The position numbers and the translations under genes were made by a program. Positions 38,933-49,823 of a stretch of DNA of 64,000 nt are shown one piece after another. Source of the stretch: an uncultured Planctomycetota bacterium (GTDB taxonomy: Bacteria > Planctomycetota > Planctomycetia > Isosphaerales > Isosphaeraceae); the NCBI GenBank assembly GCA_963737655.1, contig CAVTTN010000002.1, positions 3,232,001 through 3,296,000 of the forward strand, read 5' to 3'. The notes under the pieces are model-generated. The model saw nothing but the letters and a program-made list of their open reading frames with translations, was not told where the DNA came from and ran no database searches. Each line of letters starts with the position of its first letter. Positions within the stretch are counted from its first letter, which is position 1.

Positions 38933-39969
38933 GAACCACCCCCGAAACGTTCGTTCCTGACCAGCCGGACCCCTTCGACCATCGCCTTCGCCTTGGCCAC
39001 CGTCACATGCCGGGCCGTCTGCGAGAACCCGCAGTCGGGCGTGACCGTGACCCGGGTAGCGTCCACGAATTTCAGGACGGTCCGCAAGCGATCGGCCACG
39101 AGCTCGGGCGGCTCGATCCACGTATTCTTGACGTCCACCAGCCCCACGGCGACGTCCATCGTCTCGGGAAGTTCGCGGAGGAGCTCGATTTCGGCCATCT
39201 CGCGAGAGGCGAACTCCAGCGCCAGTTGATTCACCTTCGCCCGGCCGATGTGGGGGAACAGCGGGCGATAGGACCGCCAGCCCACCGCCCTCCCGCGGTA
39301 GTTGCCGAAGCACATGTGCATGCTGACGTGGGCGGAGACGCCCTCGACCGTCCGGGCGATCACGTCCAGGAACGCCTCGGGGTCGTCGGGGTGGCAGGCG
39401 AAGCTGGGTTCGTCGAGCTGGAGGAACGCGATCCCGGCGGCCTCGGCGGCGCGAAGCTCGGCGTTCACGATCGGGATCAGGGCTTCCGTGACGGCCATCC
39501 GGTCTTTGTAAACGTCGCCCCCGGCGATGCATCCGGCCAGGGTGAACGGGCCGGGGATGGGCATTTTCGACGGGGCCGACGTGATCGTTCGAAATCGGCG
39601 ATATTCGGCGACGGTGCCGAGGCCCGAGGGGGCCCGGATTGGCTCGACGCAGCGATATTTGCTGCGCTGGTCGTGAGCCGGTGGTCCGAGCTTGCGGGCC
39701 GTGGGGATCGGTTCGAGGCCGAGGATGTGGTCGTAAAAGCCCAGGTTGAAATCGACCCGTTGCATCTCGCCGTCGGTGATGATGTCCAGGCCGACGCGAA
39801 GCTGGTCGTCCACGACGATGCGGACGGCGTCCAGCAGGGCTTCCTCGCGGTCGGCCGGGCCGAATTCCGAGGGATACGAGGCGACGTCGGCGATGAATCG
39901 CTCGTACCAGCCCGGGAACGACCAACTGCCGATCACCGAGGCCGGGATCATCGGGGGTTTGGGGTTCAT
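38929..39969 (-). CDS. Cobalamin-independent methionine synthase II family (single-barrel MetE-like) protein
   Basis: VIGSW..P, TDGEMQR, PGPFTL, QLDEP, HMCFGN, LEFA, PDCG zinc ligands. Confidence 0.9.
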   Translation of the reverse strand: MNPKPPMIPASVIGSWSFPGWYERFIADVASYPSEFGPADREEALLDAVRIVVDDQLRVGLDIITDGEMQRVDFNLGFYDHILGLEPIPTARKLGPPAHDQRSKYRCVEPIRAPSGLGTVAEYRRFRTITSAPSKMPIPGPFTLAGCIAGGDVYKDRMAVTEALIPIVNAELRAAEAAGIAFLQLDEPSFACHPDDPEAFLDVIARTVEGVSAHVSMHMCFGNYRGRAVGWRSYRPLFPHIGRAKVNQLALEFASREMAEIELLRELPETMDVAVGLVDVKNTWIEPPELVADRLRTVLKFVDATRVTVTPDCGFSQTARHVTVAKAKAMVEGVRLVRNERFGGGS

Positions 39970-40039
39970 CGCGGGGGCCTCGCACGTGGGAGACGGACGC
40001 CGCCAGGATGACAGGGACGGAGCCGGATTGCAAACCGAG

Positions 40040-40060
40040 GGCACATTTCATGCGCCCTAC
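40040..40060. repeat. Degenerate family-C REP
   Basis: GGCACATTTCATGCGCCCTAC versus the consensus GGTGCATTTCATGCACCCTAC. Confidence 0.65.
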
Positions 40061-40167
40061 TCGACATGGTCGCCCTCCGGGCCGTACCCTGGACCTTTCC
40101 CGCCAGAGGCCCCTCCGATTCGGCCCGTTCCCGGATCCGAGGGCCTCGCCCGAGGGTTCGACGATTC

Positions 40168-40809
40168 ATGGCGAAGATCGATCATCACGTCCATACGACG
40201 CGACACTCGCCCGATAGCTCGATCGACCCCGACGAACTCGTCGAATCCGCCCTCGCCGCCGGCCTGGACGGCGTGGTCATCACGGAACATGACACGCAAT
40301 GGGGCGCCGACGAGCTGGCCGACCTCAACGCCCGGAGTCGGGGCCTGGTGGTGCTCTCCGGCGCCGAGATCTCGGCCCGGGAAGGGCATTTCCTCGTCTA
40401 TGGCCTCCCCGACCTGGAGGAGACGCCTCCGGGGATCGGCATCCTGGAGCTCCTGAAGGTGGTCCGACGCCACGGAGCGGCCATCGTCGCGGCCCATCCG
40501 TTCCGCTGGGACCAGGACTTCTCCGCCATCGTCGCCACGACCGGCCCGGCCTTCGACGCTCTGGAACTCGTGAGCAACAACGTGACTCCCGAGACCCGTG
40601 CGAAGGCCGAGGCCCTCTTGAAGGCGCATCCCTCGATGGGCCGGACCGGCTCCAGCGACGGCCACGAGTCGCCGATCGTGGGCTGCTACTTCTCCGAATT
40701 CCCCGGGCCGATCCGCTCGATGGCCGACTTCGTCTCGGCGTTGAAAGCCCGATCCGGAAAGCCCGGTCATACTCCGGGAAAACCCTCGACGAGCGGCCCT
40801 GTGGGATGA
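40168..40809 (+). CDS. PHP domain phosphoesterase
   Basis: DHHVHT, ITEHD, GAEIS..GH, AHPFR, SSDGH. Confidence 0.9.
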   Translation: MAKIDHHVHTTRHSPDSSIDPDELVESALAAGLDGVVITEHDTQWGADELADLNARSRGLVVLSGAEISAREGHFLVYGLPDLEETPPGIGILELLKVVRRHGAAIVAAHPFRWDQDFSAIVATTGPAFDALELVSNNVTPETRAKAEALLKAHPSMGRTGSSDGHESPIVGCYFSEFPGPIRSMADFVSALKARSGKPGHTPGKPSTSGPVG

Positions 40810-40859
40810 ATCCCCGGACGGTGGCGGAGTCCGGATCTCCATCGAATCGGAGACAACCG

Positions 40860-41687
40860 ATGAGGAATACGCAACGCATTCTCGTCGTCGATGCGTTCGC
40901 CGATCGGCCGTTCGCCGGCAATCCGGCGGCCGTTTGCGTCCTGGAGAGGCCCGCTCCGGAAGAGTGGATGCGGCTGGTGGCGCGGGAGATGAACCTCTCG
41001 GAGACCGCGTTCCTCCACCGACTGAACGACGACGACGCCTATGCCCTCCGCTGGCTCACGCCGACGATCGAGGTGGACCTTTGCGGCCATGCCACGCTCG
41101 CCTCGGCCCATGTCCTGTGGACCGAGGGGCATGAACCGGCCGATCGCCCTCTTCGATTCCGAACTCGGAGCGGAGTCCTCTCCGCGGTTCGCGACGGCGA
41201 GGAGATCGAGCTGGATTTCCCCGCGTGCCCTGCGACGAGATCGGTCGATCTCGCGACGCTTGCCGCGCTTTCCGAAGCCCTCGGCGTTCGGGTTCGGTTC
41301 GTCGGCGCGAACGGCATGGATTGGCTCGCCGAGCTGGATTCCGAGGCGGTGGTCCGAGGCTTGGTGCCGTCGTTCGACGGGCTCACGAAGCTCGGAGGGC
41401 GGGGGATCATCGTCACGAGCCGATCGGACGATCCGGAGTTCGATTTCGTCTCCCGGTTCTTCGCGCCGAATGCCGGCGTGAACGAGGACCCGGTCACCGG
41501 ATCGGCCCATTGCGCCCTCGCGCCGTTCTGGGCGGATCGGCTGGGGAAGACGAGCCTGGTCGGGTTTCAGGCGTCGGCGAGAGGGGGCCGAGTCCGGGTG
41601 CGTCTCGACGGAGATCGCGTGAAACTCGGCGGAGGCGCCGTCACGATGCTTCGAGGCGAGATGATGGGTCCGCCGTCCGCGGGATGA
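40860..41687 (+). CDS. PhzF family isomerase/epimerase
   Basis: VDAF...GNPAAV, EMNLSETAF, EVDLCGHATL, EDPVTGSAH. Confidence 0.94.
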   Translation: MRNTQRILVVDAFADRPFAGNPAAVCVLERPAPEEWMRLVAREMNLSETAFLHRLNDDDAYALRWLTPTIEVDLCGHATLASAHVLWTEGHEPADRPLRFRTRSGVLSAVRDGEEIELDFPACPATRSVDLATLAALSEALGVRVRFVGANGMDWLAELDSEAVVRGLVPSFDGLTKLGGRGIIVTSRSDDPEFDFVSRFFAPNAGVNEDPVTGSAHCALAPFWADRLGKTSLVGFQASARGGRVRVRLDGDRVKLGGGAVTMLRGEMMGPPSAG

Positions 41688-43847
41688 GGGCCGGCTCCGT
41701 CTCGCCGGACCGAACGGAGTGGATTTCTCGCACCCGACGGATCAGAACGAGTCCTGGAGGAAGAGCCGTGGCCCGCCGCGATCGACGTCCCCGGCCTTCG
41801 GCGACACCCTCGGCCCCAACCCCCGTGGCCCCGGAGACCTCGACGCCTCCCGCCCCGCCGACGCCACCGATCCGCTCGCGAGTGCTGATCTTGCTGGTGG
41901 CCGGGATGCTGTCGCTTCATTATGGGTTGGCCGCGTCCAGCCTGGTTCGGGAGAACCCGACGGTGGACGAGGTGAACCACCTTCCGGCGGGCGTTTCGTA
42001 CTTCGAAACCGGCTCATTCCGGCTGTATCACCACAACCCGCCGCTGGTCAAGCTCGCGGCGGCGTTGCCCGTGGTCCTGGCCGGCGGGACCATGCGAGGC
42101 TCGTTCGATTCCCCCGTCTGGAAGGAGGAATCGATCCCGCAGGCCCCCTACGGACTCATGTTCGCGATCCTGAATTCCGCCCAGTATTTCGAGCTCTTCC
42201 GCCTGGCGCGCCTCGTGATGCCCTTGTTCTCGGTCCTGGGCGGCCTGGTGGTGTTCTTCTGGTCGAGACGGCTGTTCGGCGACCGGGGGGGCCTCCTGAG
42301 CCTGGCGTTGTGGTGCCTTTGCCCGAACGTCCTGGCTCACGGGCGGCTGATCACGTCGGACGTGGCCGGGGCGGCGATCGGCTCGGCGGCAACGTATGCG
42401 TTCTGGCGGTATCTTCATGCCCCGACCTGGCTCCGGGCCGGGATCGCCGGAGTGGTCCTCGGCCTGGCCCAGTTGACGAAGTTCAGCATGCTCTTGCTCT
42501 ATCCGCTCTGGCCGGTCCTCTGGATCGTCTTCGAGCTTTGCGAAGGCGGCTGGAAGGGGCCGCTCCGGCATGGGCTCTGCGCGACGGTCCAGGGGGCGCC
42601 GTCGTGGCGCTGAGCGTCCTCGTCATCAACCTCGGCTACGGCTTCGAGGGGACGGGGCGCCCCCTCGGGGATTTTCGGTTCGCGAGCGGAGGTCTGCTGA
42701 CCAGGCCGGGGTTCACTCCGCATCGGAGCAAGAACGAGCTGATCGACCTCTCCTGGTCCCACCGCGTGAATCGATTCCGGGGGACGTGGCTGGGCCGGTT
42801 GCCGACCCCCCTGCCCTCTCACTACTTGCTGGGGTTTGACGAGCAGAAGATCGAGGCCGACGGGCTTCCCCTGATCTGGTTTTATGAACGAGACCCCCGC
42901 GCCTTCGCGAAGAAGCCCTCGCCCGACGAGACGACCGGCTACACGGTCTACCTCGACGGCGTCCTCCGCCGGACCGGCTGGCGGTCGTATTACGCGAGGA
43001 CGATCCTGTACAAGACGCCGGAGGGTACGCTGGCGCTGATGGTGCTGGCCCTGGTGGCGATCGCGACGGCCCGGCGGGCCGGGCCCCGGTCGGCGACGAG
43101 CTGGTGTTGATCCTGCCTCCGCTGGCGTTTTTCGGGGCGATGACGTTCCTGACGGACATCAACATCGGCCTTCGCTACGTCCTGCCCGCCTTCCCTTATG
43201 CGTTCGTGTTCGCCGGCAGGCTCGCGCCCTGGGCCGATCGGGGGCCGATCCGGCGGATCGCCTGGGGCGGGATCGTCGCGTGTTTCGCGGCCACGGTCCT
43301 GGCGGTCGGGACGATCCATCCGCACTACCTTGCTTATCTGAACGCCGCCTCGGGCGGCCCCGATCGGGAACCGCCCCGGCTGATCGACAGCAACCTCGAT
43401 TGGGGCCAGGACCTCACCAATCTCCGCGAGTGGCTCCGCGAGCACCCCGAGGAGAAGACGGTCGGCCTGGCGTATTTCGGTCAGATCCCGCCGGGCCTCT
43501 TCTCGTGGAGAGGGGACGGATTCCCCTGGTTCCTGCCCCCGTCGCGGGCCGGGACGATGTTCCCGATGGGGGACACGTCGCGGATGGCGGGCCCGGCAAG
43601 AACGGTCCGGCCGGGGCTTTACGCGGTCAGCGCGACCCTCCGCGAGGGGCTTTCCTGGCGCGTCTACGACCCCTCCCTGACCATCCCGGGCGCCACCTGG
43701 AACGTTCGGGACCGGGGTTATGACTATTTCCGCCTGGCCCGCCCGTTCGACCGGATCGGCCATTCGATCTTGCTCTTCCGCCTCTCGGAAAAAGACGCCG
43801 CGAGGCTGGAGGCGGACCGGCTGAGGCCGGCGGATTCGCCTCGGTAG
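41684..43847 (+). CDS. ArnT/PMT-like (GT-C) glycosyltransferase; two 1-bp frameshifts near 42595 and 43085
   Basis: TVDEVNH, HNPPLVK, PNVLAHG..ITSD, LTKF; then YY...KTP; then IGLRYVLP, YLAYLN, LIDSNLDWGQD, spread over three successive frames. Start uncertain. Confidence 0.82.
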
Positions 43848-43868
43848 TCCTCCGCGTCTTCCGATCGT

Positions 43869-45191
43869 TCAAAGAATCGCCCGGAACGCATCCTCGGCCG
43901 CCCGGATGGTCTGATCGACGTCGTCGCGGGAGTGGGCGGCGGAGACGAACGCGGCCTCGAACTGGCTGCACGGGAGATAGACGCCCCGGGCGAGCATCTC
44001 CCAGAAGAACCGGCCGAATCGCTTCGTATCGCTCTCCTTGGCCTCCTCGTAGTTCGTCACGGGGCCGTCGTGGAAGAAGAGGGTGAGCATGCTGCCAACC
44101 CTCTGGACGACGTGGGGCACCTTCGCGTCGCTCGCCGCGCGATGGAGGCCCTCCGCCAGCCGTCCCGAGAGCGTTTCCAGGCGTTCATAGGGGGAGTCCT
44201 CGGCCAGCTCGTGGATCGTCGCCAGTCCCGCCGCCATCGCCAAGGGGTTTCCCGAGAGCGTCCCGGCCTGGTAGATCGGCCCGGAAGGCGAGACGTGGTC
44301 CATCACCCGGGCGCTGGCCCCATACGCCGCCGCCGGCAGCCCTCCGCCGATGATCTTGCCCAGGGCGGTCAGGTCGGGAGCGATCCCGAACCGTTCCTGG
44401 GCGCCGCCCAGGGCCAGGCGGAAGCCGGTCATGACCTCGTCGAAGAACAGCAAGGCGCCGTCCCTCTCGGTGATCTCGCGGAGGGCCTCGAGATAGCCGC
44501 TCCGAGGGGGGACCAGGCCCATGTTGCCCGCCACCGGCTCCAGGAGGACCGCGGCGACCTGCCCCGGATGGTCCTGGAACGCCCGGCGGACGGCCTCGAT
44601 GTCGTTGAACGGGACGAGGATGGTATCGGCCACCGCCCCGGGGGTGACGCCCGGGCTATTCGGCGTCCCCAGGGTCGTCGCGGCCGATCCGGCCTGGACG
44701 AGCAGGGCATCGACGTGGCCGTGATAATGCCCCGTCATCTTGATGAGCTTGGTCCGACCCGTGACCCCGCGAGCCACCCTCACGGCCGACATCGCCGCCT
44801 CGGTCCCCGACGAGACGAACCGGACCTTCTCGATCGACGGCACCGCCGAGACGACGGCCTCGGCGATGTCGCTTTCGCGGACCGTCGGCGCCCCGAAGCT
44901 CGTCCCGGACTCCAACGCCTCGGCGATCGCCTTCTTGACCTTCGGATGGCCATGACCCAGGATCATCGGTCCCCAGGAACCGATGTAGTCGATATACTTG
45001 TGACCGTCGATATCGAAGAGGTAGGCCCCTTCGGCGCGGCTCATGAACGGAGGCTCCCCGCCGACGGCCCCGAAGGCGCGGGCCGGGCTGTTCACCCCTC
45101 CGGGGATCGTCCGGTTGGCGCGGACGAACGCGGCGTGGCTCTCGGGCAACTGGTAGTCGGGTCGCGAGAGGGCGGGCGTGGTGGCGGTCAT
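43869..45191 (-). CDS. hemL: Glutamate-1-semialdehyde 2,1-aminomutase
   Basis: PGGVNSP.R, SWGP, SGTEA, EPVAGNMG, FDEVMTGFR, GKIIGGGLP, YQAGTLSGNP, SQFE. Confidence 0.97.
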   Translation of the reverse strand: MTATTPALSRPDYQLPESHAAFVRANRTIPGGVNSPARAFGAVGGEPPFMSRAEGAYLFDIDGHKYIDYIGSWGPMILGHGHPKVKKAIAEALESGTSFGAPTVRESDIAEAVVSAVPSIEKVRFVSSGTEAAMSAVRVARGVTGRTKLIKMTGHYHGHVDALLVQAGSAATTLGTPNSPGVTPGAVADTILVPFNDIEAVRRAFQDHPGQVAAVLLEPVAGNMGLVPPRSGYLEALREITERDGALLFFDEVMTGFRLALGGAQERFGIAPDLTALGKIIGGGLPAAAYGASARVMDHVSPSGPIYQAGTLSGNPLAMAAGLATIHELAEDSPYERLETLSGRLAEGLHRAASDAKVPHVVQRVGSMLTLFFHDGPVTNYEEAKESDTKRFGRFFWEMLARGVYLPCSQFEAAFVSAAHSRDDVDQTIRAAEDAFRAIL

Positions 45192-45227
45192 GAGGAAAAG
45201 GCTCGGGACTCGGTGGGAGGAGGGCGA

Positions 45228-45632
45228 TCAGTGCCACGGCATGAAATCGTGACTCAAGGCGTGAATCGAGAGGCCGGCGATCGGCACGGAAATGAGCATG
45301 CCGATCCCGAACAGGCCACGCCGGATCCAGGTCCGGGGCAGGCCGAGCCTCGCCAGGTAGAATTCGGCCACCACGCCCGTGCTGAAGCACACGTTCGCCG
45401 CGAGACAGGCGATGGCCAGGGCGAGCAGACATCCGGGATTGGTGAGGAGCGGGGAGCGCAGGACGGCCGTGCCGATCAGGACCTCGGCCCCGAGGATGAG
45501 GTTGTAGACCAGGCGGAGCCGCTCCCAGGCCACGAGGGACCCCTCGTCCTCTCGCGCGACATCGATCCCCTCCGCCTCCGGAGGCGCGTAGTACGGGGCC
45601 GCATCGTCGAAATCCCAATCTTGGTCACCCAT
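45228..45632 (-). CDS. Hypothetical small membrane protein
   Basis: [27 protein letters not shown]; 3 TM segments. Confidence 0.72.
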   Translation of the reverse strand: MGDQDWDFDDAAPYYAPPEAEGIDVAREDEGSLVAWERLRLVYNLILGAEVLIGTAVLRSPLLTNPGCLLALAIACLAANVCFSTGVVAEFYLARLGLPRTWIRRGLFGIGMLISVPIAGLSIHALSHDFMPWH

Positions 45633-46690
45633 GCCACACCTCCTGCCCTTCCCGGTCGCTCGCCTCGATCGATCCCGGGACCCTTCGCTCGAGCGCCCTG
45701 GTCCTTCAGCCATCGGGCGGCATCGAGGGCGTGATAGGTCAGGATCATGTCCGCGCCGGCTCGTTTGAATCCCGTGAGCGTCTCCAGGACAACCCGTTTC
45801 TCGTCGATCCATCCGTTCCTCGCGGCGGCCTTGACCATCGCGTACTCGCCCGAGACGTTGTAGACGGCCGTGGGGACGCCGAATCGGTCCTTCACCCGGC
45901 GGATGATGTCCATGTAGGCCAGCCCCGGCTTGACCATGACGAGGTCGGCCCCCTCCTCCAGGTCGAGGGCCACTTCTCTCATGGCCTCGTCGCCATTGGC
46001 CGGGTCCATCTGGTAGGTCCGGCGGTCGCCGAAGCTCGGGGCGCTCTCGGCGGCGTCCCGGAACGGGCCGTAGTAGCCGCTGGCGAACTTCGCCGCGTAG
46101 GAGAGGATCGGCACGCCCGAAAACCCCGAGGAATCCAGCCCTCGACGGATCGCGCCGACCATCCCATCCATCATCCCCGACGGGGCCACCACGTCGGCGC
46201 CGGCCCGGGCGTGGCTGACCGCCTGCCTGGCCAGGAGGGGGAGCGTGGCGTCATTATCGACGTCCAGGCCGCCCGAGGGATGCTCTCGGAGCGGGCCGCA
46301 ATGGCCGTGGTCGGTATATTCGCAGAAGCAGACGTCGGTGATCACCAGGGTCTCCGGCGACCGTTTCTTGACCAGCCGAATGGCCTCCTGGACGATCCCG
46401 CCGTCGTCCCACGAGGCCGATCCCGAGGCATCCTTTTCGGCCGGAATCCCGAACAGCAACAGGGCCGGGATTCGCCACTCCGCCGCCTCGTCGATCGCTT
46501 CGCCCAGTCGATCCAGCGACCACTGAAACTGCCCCGGCATCGACGAGATCTCTCGACGCAGGCCGTTCCCGTGGTAGACGAACAGGGGGAAGACCAGGTC
46601 ATCGACGGTCAATCGGTGCTCGCGGACCATGTCCCTCAAGCGGGGGTGGCCCCGGAGCCGTCTCGGTCGATGGATTGGTGCGTCATTCAT
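45476..46690 (-). CDS. hemB: Porphobilinogen synthase; the true stop is probably near 45690
   Basis: [57 protein letters not shown]. The ORF reads past the usual end. Confidence 0.95.
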   Translation of the reverse strand: MNDAPIHRPRRLRGHPRLRDMVREHRLTVDDLVFPLFVYHGNGLRREISSMPGQFQWSLDRLGEAIDEAAEWRIPALLLFGIPAEKDASGSASWDDGGIVQEAIRLVKKRSPETLVITDVCFCEYTDHGHCGPLREHPSGGLDVDNDATLPLLARQAVSHARAGADVVAPSGMMDGMVGAIRRGLDSSGFSGVPILSYAAKFASGYYGPFRDAAESAPSFGDRRTYQMDPANGDEAMREVALDLEEGADLVMVKPGLAYMDIIRRVKDRFGVPTAVYNVSGEYAMVKAAARNGWIDEKRVVLETLTGFKRAGADMILTYHALDAARWLKDQGARAKGPGIDRGERPGRAGGVAWVTKIGISTMRPRTTRLRRRRGSMSRERTRGPSWPGSGSAWSTTSSSGPRS

Positions 46691-46743
46691 GGCGATCAGT
46701 CTATCTCCCGGGGACTTCGAGGAGGAAGGCTGCCGGCCTCGCA

Positions 46744-47787
46744 TCAACTCAGGACCGCCAGGGTGCCGCACGCGGCCTGGATGTCGGCGCCTCCGGAGTA
46801 TCTTCGGACGATCGGTTGCCCGAGATGTCGCGACAGGGCGTCTCGGAAGGCTTGCAGCTCTTGCGAGGAGGGCGGCCGGAAGCGTCCGGAGGGGTCGGTG
46901 ACCTCGATCAGGTCGAACCTCACGGGCGTGTCGCCGATGAGCTCACCGAGGGCCCGGGCGTCGTCCTCCGAGCAGTTCTCGCCCCCGATGCAGACGTAGG
47001 AGAGCATCACGCGGCCCCCTCGGGCCTGGGCGTGGCGGCGGGCGGCGGCCATGACCTCCGCGATGGGGGTCCGCGAGGCCACCGGGACGAGCTTCGCCCT
47101 CTGGGCGTCGGTCGCGGCGCCGAGGCTGATCGAGAGGCGGAAGCGGCGGCCCTCGGCCGTGAAGCGGTCGATCTCGGGGACCAGCCCCACGGTGCTGATC
47201 GTGATCCCCTTCGCCGCCATCGAACCGCCGAACGAGCATCGCAGCAGCTCGGCCGCGGCCAGGACGCGGTCGTAATTGAGGAACGGCTCGCCCATCCCCA
47301 TGAAGACGGCCCCCGTGACCCGCCGGCCTTGCTCCTGGGCGATCTCGCGGCCCTGCATCCACTGGTCGATGATTTCCCAGGTCGCGAGGTTGCGGCGAGT
47401 CGGCATCGAGGCCGTGGCGCAGAAGGCGCAGGCCATCGGGCAGCCGACCTGTGACGAGAGGCAGACGCTGACCGCGCCGGGCTTGTGCAGGGGGATCAGG
47501 ACCGTTTCGATCGGCAGGCCGTCGGGCAATCGGAACAGGATCTTCTGGAAGCCGTCTCGGGGCGAGATGACGCTCTTTTCTCGGCGGAGCCGGGGCAAAT
47601 CGGGCAGGAGGTCCGACATCCGCTTCGGAACCTGGTGCTCGCGACCCCAGGAGGCGCGATCGTGGACCCCTCGGCCGAGCAGGGCCGCGAGCAGGCGCCT
47701 CGAAGCCTCGTCCGAAACGCCGATCCGCCGGCCCCAGTCGAGAAACGCCTCGGGAGGCTGGTCGCGAGGGTCCGTCACGTCAAGCAT
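46744..47787 (-). CDS. RlmN/Cfr-like class A radical SAM methyltransferase (divergent)
   Basis: [43 protein letters not shown]. Confidence 0.88.
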   Translation of the reverse strand: MLDVTDPRDQPPEAFLDWGRRIGVSDEASRRLLAALLGRGVHDRASWGREHQVPKRMSDLLPDLPRLRREKSVISPRDGFQKILFRLPDGLPIETVLIPLHKPGAVSVCLSSQVGCPMACAFCATASMPTRRNLATWEIIDQWMQGREIAQEQGRRVTGAVFMGMGEPFLNYDRVLAAAELLRCSFGGSMAAKGITISTVGLVPEIDRFTAEGRRFRLSISLGAATDAQRAKLVPVASRTPIAEVMAAARRHAQARGGRVMLSYVCIGGENCSEDDARALGELIGDTPVRFDLIEVTDPSGRFRPPSSQELQAFRDALSRHLGQPIVRRYSGGADIQAACGTLAVLS

Positions 47788-47853
47788 CGCCGTCGAATCT
47801 CCGCCTCCGGGCCGAGGGTCGCCGAATATTGTACCGGAATCCGCGAAGACCCT

Positions 47854-48000
47854 GTAGGGTGCATGAAATGCCGCATCCCCCCTCGCGGGTGCAGCCCGCG
47901 ACCCCACCTTGCCGATCTCGCAATCGAAATGGAAGACGGGAGAGCCGGGGAAAGGCTCCGGCCTCTCGACTGCGTTCGTGGTGCATTTCATGCATCCTCC
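47854..48000. repeat. Inverted pair of family-C REPs (REPIN-like)
   Basis: GTAGGGTGCATGAAATGC at 47854 and GGTGCATTTCATGCATCCTCC at 47980-48000. Confidence 0.8.
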
Positions 48001-48153
48001 AGGTCGAAGAATTGCCGATTTTTCGCCGCCTGGTCAGGAACTTTTCTCTCTCGTCGGTCGTACAGGTATGGAGACGAGGCCTGGGCCGGCAAGTGAGTTC
48101 GACGCGGCCCGACCGTCTTCCAGTCCCTAATGTGATTCAGGAGAACACCTTCG

Positions 48154-49734
48154 ATGAAGCGTAATGCGATCGCGTGGGCCGCCCTGGCGTTCTCGGTGGC
48201 CGCGTTCGTCGGATCGCGGGGGGTCTCGAAGCCCGCCACGGCCGTCCAGGAAATCCCCGCCGAGGGTCAGAAGACCGCTCGCGCGCTGTCCGAGGCATTC
48301 CACGCCGTCGCCGAATTCGCGCGCCCGTCGGTCGTGCAGATCACCGTCCAGAAGAAGGCCGGCGCCAATCTGGGCCGCTCGCGAGCTCCCGGCCGGGGCC
48401 AGCTCCCGGACAACGTGGACCCGAAGGACCTGGAGGACATGCTCAAGCGGTTCTTCGGCCCCGGTCAGACGCCGAAGTTCGAGAAGCAGCAGTTCGGCGT
48501 GGCCGAGGGCACGGGTTCCGGGTTCGTCTACGACGACAAGGGCCATATCCTGACCAACAACCACGTCGTCTCCGGGGCCGAACGGATCGTCGTGACGTTC
48601 CACGACGGCGAGACCGCCCCGGCGAAGGTCGTCGGCACCGATCCCAAGGCCGACGTCGCCGTGATCCAGGTCGAAACCACGAGCTACCCCGCCCTGCCCC
48701 GAGGCGATAGCGAAAAGCTGAAGGTCGGCGAATGGGTGATCGCCGTCGGTTCCCCGTTCGGCCTGGAGCAGACGGTCACCAGCGGGATCATCTCCGCCAC
48801 GGAGCGGGGGAACCTCGGGATCATCGGCGAGGACGGCTCTTACGAGAATTTCCTCCAGACGGATGCCGCGATCAACCCCGGCAACTCGGGCGGCCCGCTG
48901 ATCGACATGAACGGGCGGGTCGTGGGCATCAACACGGCCATCGCCACCGGCAACCGCACCAACGCCGGCGTCGGGTTCGCGATCCCGATCGACATGGCGG
49001 GCGTCCTGGCCGACAAGCTGATCAAGGACGGCAAGGTCAACCGGATGCGCGTCGGCCTGAAGCTGGCCATGCAACCCCTGACGCCGACCCTGGCCAGGAA
49101 GCTGGGCGTGGGCAAGGACGTCCATGGCGTGGTCGTCGATGAAGTCGTGGCCGACAGCCCCGGCGCCAAGGCGGGCATCCAGCCGGGCGACGTGATCGTC
49201 GAGTTCCAGGGCCATCCGGTCCACAACGTCGCCGGGTTCCGCAACCTGGTTTCGGCCAGCGACGAGGGCAAGTCCTACGCGGTCCGCCTCTTCCGGGACG
49301 GCAAGCCGACGAGCGTGACCGTCACCCCGGCCCCCGAGGACTCGGTGCAGTTCGCCTTCGAGAAGGAGGCCCAGAAGCTTCGCGCCGGGCAGACCAAGCT
49401 GGAGCCGTTCGGCTTCAGCGTCCAGCCGGTCAAGCCGGCCGACACCCAGCAACTGGGCTATCCCGAGGGGACCGAGGGCCTCATGATCACCGGAGTGAAG
49501 GACGGCATGCCCGCCGCCAACGCCGGCCTGGAAGAGGGTGACCTCATCACCAAGGTCATCAAGGACAAGAAAATCGAGCCGGCGAAGTCCGTCGAGGACC
49601 TGGTCTCCGCGGCCAATGGGGCCAAGGACCTGGCCATCTTCGTCAAGGACGTTCGCAACCCCGAAAAGGAGGCTCAGATCGTCACCCTGACCATCAAGGC
49701 CGAAAAGTCCGCCAAGCAAGAGAAGAACAACTAA
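48154..49734 (+). CDS. htrA: HtrA/DegP family serine protease with two PDZ domains
   Basis: GSGF, LTNNHVV, DVAV, QTDAAINPGNSGGPL, PDZ motifs; AGGAG RBS. Confidence 0.95.
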   Translation: MKRNAIAWAALAFSVAAFVGSRGVSKPATAVQEIPAEGQKTARALSEAFHAVAEFARPSVVQITVQKKAGANLGRSRAPGRGQLPDNVDPKDLEDMLKRFFGPGQTPKFEKQQFGVAEGTGSGFVYDDKGHILTNNHVVSGAERIVVTFHDGETAPAKVVGTDPKADVAVIQVETTSYPALPRGDSEKLKVGEWVIAVGSPFGLEQTVTSGIISATERGNLGIIGEDGSYENFLQTDAAINPGNSGGPLIDMNGRVVGINTAIATGNRTNAGVGFAIPIDMAGVLADKLIKDGKVNRMRVGLKLAMQPLTPTLARKLGVGKDVHGVVVDEVVADSPGAKAGIQPGDVIVEFQGHPVHNVAGFRNLVSASDEGKSYAVRLFRDGKPTSVTVTPAPEDSVQFAFEKEAQKLRAGQTKLEPFGFSVQPVKPADTQQLGYPEGTEGLMITGVKDGMPAANAGLEEGDLITKVIKDKKIEPAKSVEDLVSAANGAKDLAIFVKDVRNPEKEAQIVTLTIKAEKSAKQEKNN

Positions 49735-49755
49735 CCCGCGACCTTTCTCGACCGA

Positions 49756-49790
49756 ACGACGGCCCGGCGCATCCCGCGTCGGGCTGTCGT
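49756..49790 (+). terminator. Stem-loop after htrA
   Basis: ACGACGGCCCGGCGC-ATCCC-GCGTCGGGCTGTCGT (with G-U pairs). Confidence 0.45.
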
Positions 49791-49823
49791 CATTACATGG
49801 CTCGCCGGGGGAGTCCAGGCCGC

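Noticed and set aside
40860..41687. Phenazine biosynthesis cluster
   Set aside because: A lone PhzF-family gene with no other phz genes nearby.
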